A DNA stretch of 64,000 nt from a virus (taxonomy: Duplodnaviria > Caudoviricetes). Below, in pieces: positions 29,801 to 39,679 of the stretch. The stretch is taken from positions 1 through 64,000 of IMG/VR virus record IMGVR_UViG_2600254917_000001. One strand, given 5' to 3'. The notes beneath the pieces are model-generated. The model was given only the letters and a program-made list of their open reading frames with translations. It was not told the origin of the DNA and made no database searches. How positions within the stretch are numbered: the stretch's first letter is position 1; each line of letters begins with the position of its first letter. The position numbers and the translations under genes were made by a program.

Positions 29801-32800
29801 TCATCCTCTACAACCTGAAGGCAGGCCGGCAAATCGTTAACCAGAGCATCCAGGCCCTCTTTGTAAATGGCCGGGAAGTTGAAGGTCATCTGACGGCGAT
29901 ACAGGTCCATATCAGTGGTAACGCGGTCCATGTCACGAATGATGGAGAAGGTGGAGTCATCTTCCGGGTTAATTTCATTGCCATTGGCATCAAGGAGAGG
30001 AGCATCGTCTGTATTCCCTCCAAGCACCTGCGAGAGCGGGTTATTGACGTTAGAGAGCGCATCGGCGCGGGCACGCAGCGTTTCATAAACCTCCATCTGC
30101 TCACGCGATAGCGGCACTTCAACGCTTTTCTCATCCAGTTCAGGGATCTTAACGTCACTAGAAACGTCTTGCGATGTCTTCATCACGGTCCAGCGATGGA
30201 ATATACCGCGTAAACCATCAAGGTTTTTGAAGCCCACCAGCCCATCTTTGACTTCGACCTTGCCCGACAGCTTCTGAACCGTGACCGGTGCGATCTGGCC
30301 GAACACCCGCACGAAGTCATCGGGGGTGAAGATCCCCATGCGATTCCACTCCCTGGTCTCAACCACGTGGCTGAGCATGTTGAATGCATCGATTGGGGAG
30401 TTAACGAGCGGGGTAGCCGTCAGCATCACACAGCCGCGACCGTTGTTTTTAGCCATGAGATAAGCGTTTTTCACCGCCATATCACGTGCTGACTGAGCTA
30501 CCGGCGCGGTTGGTAAATACGCCAGACGAGAAGACTCCAGACCAGCGGAGTAGCTGTTACGGTAGTTATGGCCCTCATCGACGATCACGTTGTCGAAGTT
30601 CATGTCTTCGAAGTAGGGGTACTCATGCTCTTTCTTTGAACCAGTGTCGGAAGCGTCATCCAGAATGCGGGATTTCTTGTTGGCATCGCGATGCTTTGTG
30701 CCGTCGAGATTCACGCGACCAGCTTCAGCATTGGCATAGAGGACGTCGTAAGCATGATCCCTTATCGACTCTTCGCGCATCGGGATGCGTGCATACTGCT
30801 CTTTCGTCATGAATACGTGGCGCCAGTTGCTCTGTGGAATAGCATTCATGCGCTCTTTGATCGTGTCTGCACTCGCTTCGGTTACAGCGTCACGATAGAG
30901 AACCTGGCCCGTATGTGGATTGATTTTCTGTTGCCCGTTTTCATCCAGCACGGGTACCTGGCGGATTGAGCCATCATCATTACAGACAATGTCGAGCCCA
31001 ACGAACAGCATGTTCTTGAATGAGGCTTCGTCATAAAAATCTTTCGCCTCGTGATACAGCTTTTGGTAGACCGATTTAGGCACAACCGTTGCGGTTCTTT
31101 TTGAACGGCCGTTCTCAAAGTTATACGCTTCCAGGCCGAGCCCTACCGTGGTTTTCCCAAGGCCGGTACCGAATCCGCAAATGCCTTTGCCATCCTCTGA
31201 TAGGCGGCGGATTTCGCTATTCTGATAGCCAAACGGCACTGTTTTCCCCGAGATCCCCTTCAGTTCAAGGGGTGCGTCCGACTGTTCGTAAGGGATGTAG
31301 GCGTTAAATGCGTCGTTATATTCTTGAACGAGATCCCCAATCTCATCGTGCTGACGGATCCAGTCATTAAAGCCGCTCTCAAGCAGGCGGATTCGCTCCA
31401 TATACTGGTTGGCAAAGACGCCGCGGGGTTTATTGCCGTTGAGATAGCCTTCCAGCTGAGCGAGGAAGGGATCCTTTTTCGAGACGCGCTTATAGACGGA
31501 CTCCATTTGCCCGGTCTCTTTGTTTTTGCTGACGACGGTGCCGTATCGGTAGCCAGCAAACACCCCTTCAGCGCCTTTGTACGACTGGTCTGAAACCAGG
31601 GTGCCGTTTTCGACCTGAATCTCTTTCACGTACTGCAGATCGGTGTACCCCTGCTCGCGCAGGTATTCAAGAATGAGCGAGCGGTCGAACCATCGTGCGT
31701 TCATGTTGAAGTCGATAGAATCAACATCCGTCCATTTCCGCTTACGCTTAATCTCCTCCAGTTGGCGTATGTAGTTTTGCTTGATAGCCTCGTTGTTCTC
31801 AACGCCGATAGCAGCCATCAGGCTTTTCGTCATCGCACTGATATCGCCGCTGGTGGCGCGGTCCATAGGAACCAGGTGCCCATCACCGGTGATAGCGATC
31901 GTCTCATTGCTCGCCAGCATTGCCAGCAGCTCGTTGTCATCGTCAGGAGCATCACCGGTAAAGACTTCCCGAAACTCCTGGAGGTCAATGGGTACCAGGT
32001 CAATCTGGCTGAAGAGGTGGTTTACAACCTGAGACGCGTCTGACGAGTTGAACGCGAGAACGGGGCGGGTATCGAGCGTACCGGCAATGAGCGGCGCCAG
32101 CTCGCCATCTTCGGTGATAGCTGTTTTAAACTTCAGCCAGTCAGCAGCATTCTTGCCCCGCACGCGTCCGGCTTTCCCTTTGCCCGGGTGCCCGTGCTTT
32201 TGGTACTCGGCTGAGACCATGCGGGCAATATCCTGCCGGACATCGTTAATATCGTTCTCAGGGTACCCTTGGGCCATCCAGTCCTGCATCACGGCGATAC
32301 GGGAACCTATAAGCGCACCGCGGAAAACGCGCTCGCGAAGCTCTGCGGGCTGGCTGGCAGCAAACTGAATAGCATTTTTATGTGGGGCCGGTACGATTTC
32401 AGGAAAGCGGGAGTAAACGGCCTGCAACTGGGACCAGGAGAGCCCCATGACAGCTGCGGAATTTGTATCGGAGAACAGGGCCTGTAACTCTGTGTAGCTT
32501 CCGGCGCCGTACTGGGCAACATTGAGATCCTGCTTAGGGATAGAGTTATCCAGGACCCAACGCTCCCCGTCATAAATATGCCAACGATCGTTAATCAAGC
32601 GGCGATCACCTTCAACGGCCAGAATCACTGTTGGCTCGGTCACGCTGAGAAGGTCCCAGTTAATGCGGCTATGGAACTTGTTGAGAAGCTTCGTCTTGAT
32701 CTCGCTGCTGGTGATAGTTTCGTTCTTAACGGTCATGCGATAGCCTTCCAGCACCTCGCCGTGCACGAAACGTTTACCGTCTTGCTCAAACCATTTCCCG

Positions 32801-33726
32801 TTGATGTACGTGTCCCAGAGCACCATAGCTTTTTTGAGAAGCGTGTCCTTTTCTCCAACCATGCGCTGCGCGAGATCTTCTGGATGTTTACGCAAAACCC
32901 AGACATCTACAGCTGTGGCCGTGCCGTTCTCTTCAAACGTGCCGGAGGGGAGGCGATGAGCGCCAAGAAACTCCGCTTTGCGGGAGACCTGCAGGCGCAG
33001 CCGTTTATGAGAGCTACCGCTGGTCATGCCGTACGGAACGATGATGCAGACGTACCCGCCAGGCTTGACCTTATCGAGCAGGCGCAGGATGAAGTAACGC
33101 CCGATATTGCGCTCACCAGCATAAGCCGGATCCATGTTCGCGAACTCGCCCCGGTTATCGCCAAACGGGACGTTACCCACTACCCCGTCAAAGATGTCAT
33201 CCGGCGACGATGCAGCCAGCCTTTCGAACGCGCTGGTGGACACTTTGTCTTCAGGGTGGAGGAGGCGGTTAATACGACTGGAGATCGGACTGATTTCAGT
33301 CGCCGTCATGATAGCCCCAGCCGGTTTCGTTTCGTGGAATACGCCGGTGCCGGAGGATGGCTCAAGCCAGTTACCGGTTGGAGAGCCGTATAACTGCATC
33401 AGATCCCACATACCTTCCGCAACATATTGCGGTGTGTAATATTCGTGTTCATTTGCCCCAATACCGCCTTCCCCCGTATAGCGCGCCAGGATCTGACGCT
33501 GTTCGTCAGTAAGCAGCGTGCCATCCGGCAACTGGTTCAGCAGCTCGATAGCGGCGGCATTTGCCGTTTTACGCTCACGCTCAATCGACACACCGGCGCG
33601 CTTTGTGACGCCAAACGTGGCTGGTGCTCGTTTGATTGCTTGCATTAGCGCACGGCAGACTTCGTCAACCGTTGTCGCTGATTCGATCATGTTTGTGGCG
33701 TTGTTAAGCGCCTTTGTCGTTCTCAT
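26875..33726 (-). CDS. darB: DarB antirestriction protein (MTase + SNF2 helicase)
   Basis: LEPSSGTGVF, VVGNVPF, GTGLGKT, VDEGHNY, MLTATP, QRNGRGAR. Confidence 0.92.
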   Translation of the reverse strand: MRTTKALNNATNMIESATTVDEVCRALMQAIKRAPATFGVTKRAGVSIERERKTANAAAIELLNQLPDGTLLTDEQRQILARYTGEGGIGANEHEYYTPQYVAEGMWDLMQLYGSPTGNWLEPSSGTGVFHETKPAGAIMTATEISPISSRINRLLHPEDKVSTSAFERLAASSPDDIFDGVVGNVPFGDNRGEFANMDPAYAGERNIGRYFILRLLDKVKPGGYVCIIVPYGMTSGSSHKRLRLQVSRKAEFLGAHRLPSGTFEENGTATAVDVWVLRKHPEDLAQRMVGEKDTLLKKAMVLWDTYINGKWFEQDGKRFVHGEVLEGYRMTVKNETITSSEIKTKLLNKFHSRINWDLLSVTEPTVILAVEGDRRLINDRWHIYDGERWVLDNSIPKQDLNVAQYGAGSYTELQALFSDTNSAAVMGLSWSQLQAVYSRFPEIVPAPHKNAIQFAASQPAELRERVFRGALIGSRIAVMQDWMAQGYPENDINDVRQDIARMVSAEYQKHGHPGKGKAGRVRGKNAADWLKFKTAITEDGELAPLIAGTLDTRPVLAFNSSDASQVVNHLFSQIDLVPIDLQEFREVFTGDAPDDDNELLAMLASNETIAITGDGHLVPMDRATSGDISAMTKSLMAAIGVENNEAIKQNYIRQLEEIKRKRKWTDVDSIDFNMNARWFDRSLILEYLREQGYTDLQYVKEIQVENGTLVSDQSYKGAEGVFAGYRYGTVVSKNKETGQMESVYKRVSKKDPFLAQLEGYLNGNKPRGVFANQYMERIRLLESGFNDWIRQHDEIGDLVQEYNDAFNAYIPYEQSDAPLELKGISGKTVPFGYQNSEIRRLSEDGKGICGFGTGLGKTTVGLGLEAYNFENGRSKRTATVVPKSVYQKLYHEAKDFYDEASFKNMLFVGLDIVCNDDGSIRQVPVLDENGQQKINPHTGQVLYRDAVTEASADTIKERMNAIPQSNWRHVFMTKEQYARIPMREESIRDHAYDVLYANAEAGRVNLDGTKHRDANKKSRILDDASDTGSKKEHEYPYFEDMNFDNVIVDEGHNYRNSYSAGLESSRLAYLPTAPVAQSARDMAVKNAYLMAKNNGRGCVMLTATPLVNSPIDAFNMLSHVVETREWNRMGIFTPDDFVRVFGQIAPVTVQKLSGKVEVKDGLVGFKNLDGLRGIFHRWTVMKTSQDVSSDVKIPELDEKSVEVPLSREQMEVYETLRARADALSNVNNPLSQVLGGNTDDAPLLDANGNEINPEDDSTFSIIRDMDRVTTDMDLYRRQMTFNFPAIYKEGLDALVNDLPACLQVVEDEDGEEDEMAVPVDATVTVKGKVAQLVVPESYENEVLSRLEKFGISRSDLSHPVPPKYSALIENLKAGLNDGKQIIFSDEKSQHGKLRRIIATGLGIDESEIGILNATTVADAGKKGRKPKRVKSPPEPKEDASPEQLDKYYQQKALYDAYIAAQNEVSLSGLESIAADYNEGRTRIVICNKKAEVGINLHLGTADIHHLTLPWTPGSIKQRNGRGARVGSTNDRVRAHYYCGKDSFDDFRLSALQSKKDWIGNLMSSSESRMANADANDAVEMKLMLARDPEERARRNAQLVEMAQEKARAAAKKRADIDLSNFLKAQHAINCDVTKENELLQQLQRAMSDANDRLQSCQERFVNAQTKLKQVSENSEERWVVMGAERDLRNARDYLEDAKAGFTKAKSSFNKQERKVKRLKNAEGEAKRLRPAIETAIAKGLIDVDRDMLDRGDKYMVSSITGKTFRVGQTFHIGYSSATEDPNCLSRIQSFDFDARTAKMEMIYAKTTNRSVIGATRVIEVDKLPDPVSVTEDEVSLRQWLIGGVSMADVADRITKQEFHKYIQDGLLTFSDGGVPYFAAEGFKILGKSHSIYGRSPVLEGTALKRLANDVIYPDGSDNVLKTRVAAWFRSESGALQDLPAFAKALFGEDYKSRINDYGETADTTVIETWMADFISAYDTSSDKYMSGDRRSQVQTFLDTGELPTVNTDGFKRLARESIPGEYTNRDDFVAVITRAADKLQMTATENCKIAARDMAMTRHGLFEAEVKGIGDYVLGRIQKLVTTTPPLHSLYSTYAGSGISYYVFLADAVNMGVIEEREVTVDLLADYIAQRDFAYATYDHIKDQVTQEKSPELIQHARERAGKTTAEDMAEVSAKKVELETEAITKESAIDESGIQIKTNSTAVLSRWRGRVMYKFEAGECYGLHDPFGKKGALFKAKNDLKQRFDAKYYNGENAGEEFEGSWWLISTKHDLNNVLSVIHRA

Positions 33727-33739
33727 AGGCTCACTCGTA

Positions 33740-33760
33740 GCGGTGCACAATTGCTAGATT
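33740..33760 (+). promoter_or_regulatory. Putative late promoter
   Basis: GCGGTGCA-N7-TAGATT upstream of portal. Confidence 0.7.
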
Positions 33761-33789
33761 TCTGCGCATGCTGTCAAAAAGGAACCGGT

Positions 33790-35520
33790 ATGAGTGAGCA
33801 AATTGGCGATGAAAAAAAGGGCGTGTTTAAAGCCCTGCGGCAGCTATTTGGCGGCAGCAAATCATCCGATCAGAGCGATTACGGTGCAGGCTATATCACC
33901 GGTGGCGCGGGCACGCTTGTTTCTATAAATGCGAGTAACTTCAAATTTGCTCAGAAAGATAACGATGGGACGAGTGCTGGTGGGTTTACCACGTGCGGCG
34001 CTGATATGTCCGATGACCTCAAACTGCCTGAAGATCGCTTCGCTAAATACCCGTTCCTTGAAGAAATGGCGAAGTTCCCAACGCTCTCTGACGCTATCGA
34101 TATCCACCTTACGCACGCTTTGTCGACCGACAAAAAGACAAACCGCTCCTTCGCGATTACCGCCAAGCAGGGGAAGAACGAAAAGGAAACAAAGACGAAC
34201 CAGGCGGTAGCAGAGGCCCTGGAAAACGAGCTGGGGCAAACCCTAAACGAACAGATGCCCGGTTGGGCAAAGGTGATGTGCATATACGGCGTGAACTATA
34301 TCCGCCCGTATGGGGAACAGGGCGCCGGGATTAACTCCTTCGAGGGCAGCTATTACACCCTCCCATGTTGGGTGCGAGAGTATGTACGCGGATCTGACCT
34401 CGCCGGTTTCACCAACGAGTGGTTCTGGCGCGGTGCTGAAAAAAACAAAATACTCGCCGAGCCTTGGGCGCTGATTCCGCTGAAAATCCCGTATTGGGTT
34501 CCCAGCCGCACGATGATCCCGGTAACGACCGGCACCCAGGGTTATGCGTTAATGGATGATCCCCTTGAGCGCGTGCCGATGGAGACTCAAAACTACGGCA
34601 CCAGTCTGCTTGAAAACAGCTTCGGCCCGTACCAGAACCTTGTCAACGCCCTGAAGTCACTAAAGGCCAGCCGCAATAATGCCAGCAAAATAGACCGCCT
34701 GATCGGGGTAAACACAAGCAACCTCGATCCCGTTAACGCTGCGGCCTACATCAACAGCATTACGACGGCGTTTAAACGAAACGCAGACATGATGAAAAAA
34801 CGCGCTATCAGGGGTGGCTACACTCCTACCGTCGTTAACAACGTCATTCCGTTGATGGGCGACGGTGGGAAGGGGACGATGACCATCGATACACAGTCCA
34901 CAACGGCGGATATTGGGCAGATCGAGGACATCATGTTTTATCTCCGCCAGCTGGCCGCCAGCGTCGGTCTCGATGTCACGCTTTTGGGCTGGGCGGATAT
35001 GATGAGCGGCGGGTTGGGTGACGGCGGATTTTTCCGTACCTCGGTTCAAGCTGCGATGCGCGCGCAGTGGATTCGAAACGCCGTCAGCACATTCGTATAC
35101 CGGGCAATAGACATCCATCTCGCGTGGAAAACCGGCAAAGTCTACCTGCCCGAAGATCGGCCCTACATCGTCCAATTCAACTCGCTTAATACTGCGATTC
35201 AGGAAGAAGAGCAGGCGGAGCAGGAAAGCCGCGCCAATTACGCCTCGATCATAACGTCCATTCTCGACGCAGTACAAAACAGTCCCGCGTTGGCTGGCTC
35301 ACAAACGTTTATGCGCCTGCTGTGCACTGACGTCCTCCATTTCAGCGAAACCGTGTCAGACGCGCTTATCAAGGAGCTGAAGGGGAAAGACGGCAGCGGC
35401 ATGCCAAACGAGATAGACGACGAGCAACTACTGGAATCTTTACGTCGGCTTCCCCCAGAAGAACGGCAGCAACTCATATTTGAATGCGTGAGAAGCGCAG
35501 AGGAAGACTATGTCGCATAA
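33790..35520 (+). CDS. prt: Portal protein Prt
   Basis: ETQNYGTSLLE, LGWADMMSGGLGDGGFFRT; divergent from darB as in P1. Confidence 0.85.
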   Translation: MSEQIGDEKKGVFKALRQLFGGSKSSDQSDYGAGYITGGAGTLVSINASNFKFAQKDNDGTSAGGFTTCGADMSDDLKLPEDRFAKYPFLEEMAKFPTLSDAIDIHLTHALSTDKKTNRSFAITAKQGKNEKETKTNQAVAEALENELGQTLNEQMPGWAKVMCIYGVNYIRPYGEQGAGINSFEGSYYTLPCWVREYVRGSDLAGFTNEWFWRGAEKNKILAEPWALIPLKIPYWVPSRTMIPVTTGTQGYALMDDPLERVPMETQNYGTSLLENSFGPYQNLVNALKSLKASRNNASKIDRLIGVNTSNLDPVNAAAYINSITTAFKRNADMMKKRAIRGGYTPTVVNNVIPLMGDGGKGTMTIDTQSTTADIGQIEDIMFYLRQLAASVGLDVTLLGWADMMSGGLGDGGFFRTSVQAAMRAQWIRNAVSTFVYRAIDIHLAWKTGKVYLPEDRPYIVQFNSLNTAIQEEEQAEQESRANYASIITSILDAVQNSPALAGSQTFMRLLCTDVLHFSETVSDALIKELKGKDGSGMPNEIDDEQLLESLRRLPPEERQQLIFECVRSAEEDYVA

Positions 35521-36541
35521 AGCATTACGTACGGTCACTGACCGATTCAATATCTTCAAAAATTCCCGCAAGCTGGGCGGGAACAAGCGTAATTACGTTC
35601 TGGCTGCAGTAAAGCAGCTCTTCGAAAGCGCTGAAACCCGCGAGTCAATGCAACTGGGCGAACTGTATGGCTACTACGGCCATGGTCGCCGCCAGATGAA
35701 CGGCCGTCTCGACATACCCGAAGTATCGGTGATGATGCTGGAAGGAAAGCCCGTGGTTATCGAGAACGTTCCGTCTAACAGGACTGTGGACGTTAGCATC
35801 GATGATGAGGGGACTGTAACGCATACGCAGGAAATTTTTGTCACTGACCCGGGCAAAATAGTATCAGGGCTGATTGATTCAAAGGCGGGCGGTTGGAGCT
35901 GGGCGATGGGTGGCGCGGAAGGGCGCCGGGTTATACCCCGCGAGTTTAGCGGCTTCGACTATGTAGGTGCCCCGAACTACATTAGCCTCGATCACCCCTC
36001 GTATTTGCTTGAATCGGGCTCCTCGCGTGCACAGCAGCGCGAAATGCTGCTGGAGTCACTGCAACGCCAAGGCTACACGCCGAACGCCGCCAAAATGATT
36101 TCAGAGCACTTTGACGCAATGCTGGATATGAATGTCGATATCTCATCCATGGAAGAGGATGTTTTATTGCTCGAAGGCCTGCTGGTGGAGAGTAATACAA
36201 AAATTAGTGATCTCGAATCTATGCGAAACGACCTCACTAAGACCGTCAGTGAACTGGAAGAGAAAAACGCCTCCCGCCGTACGATGCTTCTCGAAGCCGT
36301 TTCAGCTTTACCTGTAAAGTTAAATGACGGCCAAATCGAAGCGTTGGTTAATTTGAACACTGCAGAAGATGCGAAAGTGGTTACCAAACTTTTTGAGAGC
36401 GTAATCAGAAGGAACTTTAAGGACCTACCACTGCGCAATAACGAACACAAATCATTATCTGTACAAATGGATAACAGATTTGATATTCACAGCAAAAACA
36501 TTGTCACCTTTTCCAATAACGACACGATATTGTTCAAATAA
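35510..36541 (+). CDS. pro: Prohead protease Pro
   Basis: GELYGYYGHGRR, GGWSWAMGG, GFDYV..PNY. Confidence 0.85.
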   Translation: MSHKALRTVTDRFNIFKNSRKLGGNKRNYVLAAVKQLFESAETRESMQLGELYGYYGHGRRQMNGRLDIPEVSVMMLEGKPVVIENVPSNRTVDVSIDDEGTVTHTQEIFVTDPGKIVSGLIDSKAGGWSWAMGGAEGRRVIPREFSGFDYVGAPNYISLDHPSYLLESGSSRAQQREMLLESLQRQGYTPNAAKMISEHFDAMLDMNVDISSMEEDVLLLEGLLVESNTKISDLESMRNDLTKTVSELEEKNASRRTMLLEAVSALPVKLNDGQIEALVNLNTAEDAKVVTKLFESVIRRNFKDLPLRNNEHKSLSVQMDNRFDIHSKNIVTFSNNDTILFK

Positions 36542-36687
36542 CCAGCACCGCCCAGATCGTTAAACGGTTTGGGCGGTCAAACCACTCCATCGCAACCCCT
36601 TTCAGCACCTGCCAATCAATAATCTCTGACCATTTTTATACCGCTTTATCATTGCGTTACAGAAAGCATGCGCCGCCACACTTACAA

Positions 36688-36704
36688 ATATCTCACTAAA
36701 CATT
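36688..36704. promoter_or_regulatory. Putative C1-like operator upstream of repL
   Basis: ATATCTCACTAAACATT. Confidence 0.7.
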
Positions 36705-36871
36705 TGATCATAAATCACGATCCGGTGTAGGATCCGATCGTCTTAAGAAACAACAAAGGTTCCAGGTATATTCTGGGTAATAGAAAATAAAAAGGGCCAG
36801 CAAAATCGCTGACCCTTTGATGAATGTCATGTGTAACGAACATGCATTCTTTACATCCAAATAAAATTAAC

Positions 36872-37900
36872 ATGACGATACTAATATCAAGAAACCCTCT
36901 TTGCAAGTCAAATAACAAAATTTCCGGCATCGGTTTAAAAAAAGTTATTGAATCATTACCAACATCTATTGTTTCCAGGGCATCTAGAAGTATTCTCGTA
37001 TGTATTTGCGAGGTAGCTGCCAGCAGTTCTGAATATAAGATCTTCAAATCTAAAAAACGCATGGCTCTGGAGTGCGGTGTCACCGTTGCGACAGTGCGCC
37101 GGAATCTGGACCTAGCGGTGAAAGCTGGCATCCTCACCCGTTCTTTTGTATTCGATGACGTCAAAGGGCAGTGTCCAACAGAGTATCAGTTCACTCGCGA
37201 GTTTATCGAGATAGCGCGCCTGGCATGCGACTTCATTGTTAGCAAAGCGAAGGACGCTGCCGCTAAGCTCTCGGCACTCTATAGTCAGTTTGCTCTTCAA
37301 CTATCAGCTGCACATCAGCCCGGGATGAGAATTGGCCAGCTGCTACGCCAGCGGTCAAAAGCTCATCGGGAAAAAGCTTTACAAGAAATACCCCCAGATC
37401 AAATTTCCCCTCCCCCCCATGATCATTTTGATCGGGAAATAGAGAAAGGTGTTGAAGTTGAGAAGGTTAAAACATATTCCCCAGCTCGCGCCGGGAAAGG
37501 GGTTTATGGCACTGTTAAAAAACTTAAGGACGCAGTAGCTGAGCGAGCAAAGACCCGGTCCGCCGATCTTGCCGGGCGAAAAAACCAGGCCTATCAGGAG
37601 CGGGGGCAGGAGATTCAACGTATCGAATGTGAAGTACGGCGCCGTGCGTATATCATGAACAAAGCCAGCGAAAGGGCCACCAGCACCACCTTCCCAACTG
37701 GACGTTTCAGTGAAGCAAACAAAGCCCACGAAGCGAATCGTGAACAAACGATCGCAGATTTGCATAGGGCGCAGGAAAGCGGCTTCAATCCGCTCTCGTT
37801 CATCGCTAATTTGCGCCAAAATTTGAGCCTCAAACGGAGAGAACCAACATGTTCACCGAACCAAGAATTATCTTCATGCTCGGATTCGCAGGAGGAGTAG
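36872..37900 (+). CDS. repL: Lytic replication initiator RepL-like (N-terminal HTH)
   Basis: YKIFKSKKRMALECGVTVATVRRNL..AVKAGIL; internal GATC/C-run stretch 37390-37440 may be oriL. Confidence 0.7.
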   Translation: MTILISRNPLCKSNNKISGIGLKKVIESLPTSIVSRASRSILVCICEVAASSSEYKIFKSKKRMALECGVTVATVRRNLDLAVKAGILTRSFVFDDVKGQCPTEYQFTREFIEIARLACDFIVSKAKDAAAKLSALYSQFALQLSAAHQPGMRIGQLLRQRSKAHREKALQEIPPDQISPPPHDHFDREIEKGVEVEKVKTYSPARAGKGVYGTVKKLKDAVAERAKTRSADLAGRKNQAYQERGQEIQRIECEVRRRAYIMNKASERATSTTFPTGRFSEANKAHEANREQTIADLHRAQESGFNPLSFIANLRQNLSLKRREPTCSPNQELSSCSDSQEE

Positions 37901-37980
37901 CGTTCACTTACAGCTCCGTTTTGCTATCCCGGGCTTTAAAGCGCCGCGCCGACCAGGCAAAACGGAACGGTAATTAGCAG

Positions 37981-38466
37981 TCATTTGGCAACGGTACCGC
38001 CTTTTGACTGATAAATCTGAATCACTTTCGCCATAGAAAACTCGTGCTGACCATAACCGGCGCCAGGAAGCGAAGCCCAGATATTGCAGATTTTCTTAAT
38101 GGCTGTTTCTATGTTCCCGTTCTCAATGTCAGACACCGCTTTTCGCTCTTTAATGAGCTGTATGGCCCAACGGTCCTGTGACTCCGGACTGAAATCAGGA
38201 AGCAGCAGCTGAGCGCGGTAATGCTCCCAGTCCTTAACCAGATGTTGATAACGCCCCGACGCAGTAGAGCGCTGTCCCGCGTTATTGAAGATCTTACCTG
38301 GACGCCCGCCTGCAAATGGATGCGTGCTGTAGTCAGTAAAAATCTCTGCCTGGCCGTCAACGCCGGTGACGATGACGTCATAGCCATCATTCTTCGTTAG
38401 CTTGTTTGTAGAAGTGCCTTCAGTTACGGCAATTGTGTCCAATAAAGCCTTCATGTTCGGATGCAT
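37981..38466 (-). CDS. Endolysin, lambda R-type transglycosylase
   Basis: A.LDTIA.TEGT, GYDVIV, STASGRYQ, DFSPESQD, WASLPGAGYGQ. Confidence 0.92.
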   Translation of the reverse strand: MHPNMKALLDTIAVTEGTSTNKLTKNDGYDVIVTGVDGQAEIFTDYSTHPFAGGRPGKIFNNAGQRSTASGRYQHLVKDWEHYRAQLLLPDFSPESQDRWAIQLIKERKAVSDIENGNIETAIKKICNIWASLPGAGYGQHEFSMAKVIQIYQSKGGTVAK

Positions 38467-38508
38467 AATTTTCTCCTCAATTACAACCGATACCTTTCGA
38501 ATCCGTTC

Positions 38509-38529
38509 ATGCTATCCAAACTTCACCGC
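38509..38529 (-). promoter_or_regulatory. Putative late promoter
   Basis: GCGGTGAA-N7-TAGCAT upstream of endolysin. Confidence 0.65.
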
Positions 38530-38544
38530 TCTCAGGCTCACCAA

Positions 38545-38635
38545 GTATGTTTAGAAAAAAAGATGTTTTTTAGCATTCGCCATGCATCTATAAAAATCAT
38601 GAAATAATCATTTGATATGTATCTTGCATGCTTTT
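38545..38635. repeat. 11-bp-phased box array upstream of parA (candidate centromere/operator)
   Basis: TAGCAT 38571, ATGCAT 38582; AATCAT 38595, AATCAT 38606, ATGTAT 38617, ATGCTT 38628. Confidence 0.6.
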
Positions 38636-38663
38636 AAAATATCGAAAAACTAAGGAGGCAACG

Positions 38664-39305
38664 ATGCCAATTCTTGCAATTGCTCAGGGTAAGGGCGGAG
38701 TCGGTAAGACGACGACGAGCTTTAACGTCGCATGTGAGTTAAAGCCAATCAACACAGTTGATATCGACATCGCTGGTGGTATTTCCATCATCAACAACTT
38801 CCGTGCCGACAACAAAAAATTACCGATTACGATCCCCCAGACGACTGAAGAGCTCATTAATCTTCTCCGTGAAGGAGAGTCACCAGATAAGCTTGTTGTA
38901 GTAGACTGCGGTGGTTTTGACTCTCAGTTCACTCGTATCGCCATTGCAGCAGCTGACCTTGTGATTGCGCCAGCAAACGAGACATTCCTCGATCTGGTAG
39001 GGACACAGGAATTTAACCAGACGTTGCGTGAAATCAGCGATCAGGTAGGCAGAGAAATCGTCGGCTACGTGTTCTTCTGCAAAGTGCCGTCATCCAAAAA
39101 GCACTTCCCGAATATGGAAGACATGATCGCAAACTCTTCGAATTTGAAGTTGCTCGAACACCGCATAAGCGCGTTGAACGAACACCATATTAATCAGTTC
39201 CGTGGTCTTGGCGTTACTGAGCTCCCGGCAACAGCCAGCTCACGCGCAGGGAAAGAAGTGCGGGCATTATGCGAAGAAGTGCATCAGCTACTTCATCGCC
39301 AGTAA
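38664..39305 (+). CDS. parA: Type Ib ParA/ParF ATPase
   Basis: Deviant Walker A KGGVGKTT, no N-terminal HTH, AAADLVIAP. Confidence 0.9.
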   Translation: MPILAIAQGKGGVGKTTTSFNVACELKPINTVDIDIAGGISIINNFRADNKKLPITIPQTTEELINLLREGESPDKLVVVDCGGFDSQFTRIAIAAADLVIAPANETFLDLVGTQEFNQTLREISDQVGREIVGYVFFCKVPSSKKHFPNMEDMIANSSNLKLLEHRISALNEHHINQFRGLGVTELPATASSRAGKEVRALCEEVHQLLHRQ

Positions 39306-39317
39306 AGGAGTCATGTT

Positions 39318-39632
39318 ATGGCCAAACAGCCAAAAGTAAAAAACTGGGATTTGATGAGTCGCATTGGCAGCTCCGCCCCGCTTAAAGAAAACGGGCAGAA
39401 TTCAGCCCCAGCTGCAGAAACACCGGCCCCTGCAGCCGAACCAGCACCAGCAAAGACCGTTGAAGGCCCTAAGGTACAGCGCAAAATGCTTGCGGCTATG
39501 CCAACTGAGTACGTTGAAGCCCATGAGCAGCTGCGCGTAAGCGGCCGTACGGCGATGAACCTGTCTTCATACATCTATGAAGCAGTTCGTGAAAAGCTGC
39601 TGCGTGACGGTGCTTTTGAAGCGAAGAAGTAA
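39318..39632 (+). CDS. Centromere-binding protein (disordered N-terminus, ribbon-helix-helix-like C-terminus)
   Basis: 104 aa directly after parA; NLSSYIYEAVREKL. Confidence 0.75.
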   Translation: MAKQPKVKNWDLMSRIGSSAPLKENGQNSAPAAETPAPAAEPAPAKTVEGPKVQRKMLAAMPTEYVEAHEQLRVSGRTAMNLSSYIYEAVREKLLRDGAFEAKK

Positions 39633-39648
39633 CAGAAAAACATTCCAC
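39633..39648 (+). repeat. Isolated RepA-type iteron
   Basis: CAGAAAAACATTCCAC matches the ori iteron consensus. Confidence 0.6.
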
Positions 39649-39679
39649 ATATGAGAAGAGCCGGGACACCGGCTCTTTT

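Noticed and set aside
27256-33757. Many + strand ORFs up to 271 aa
   Set aside because: Antisense shadows of darB with no recognisable motifs.
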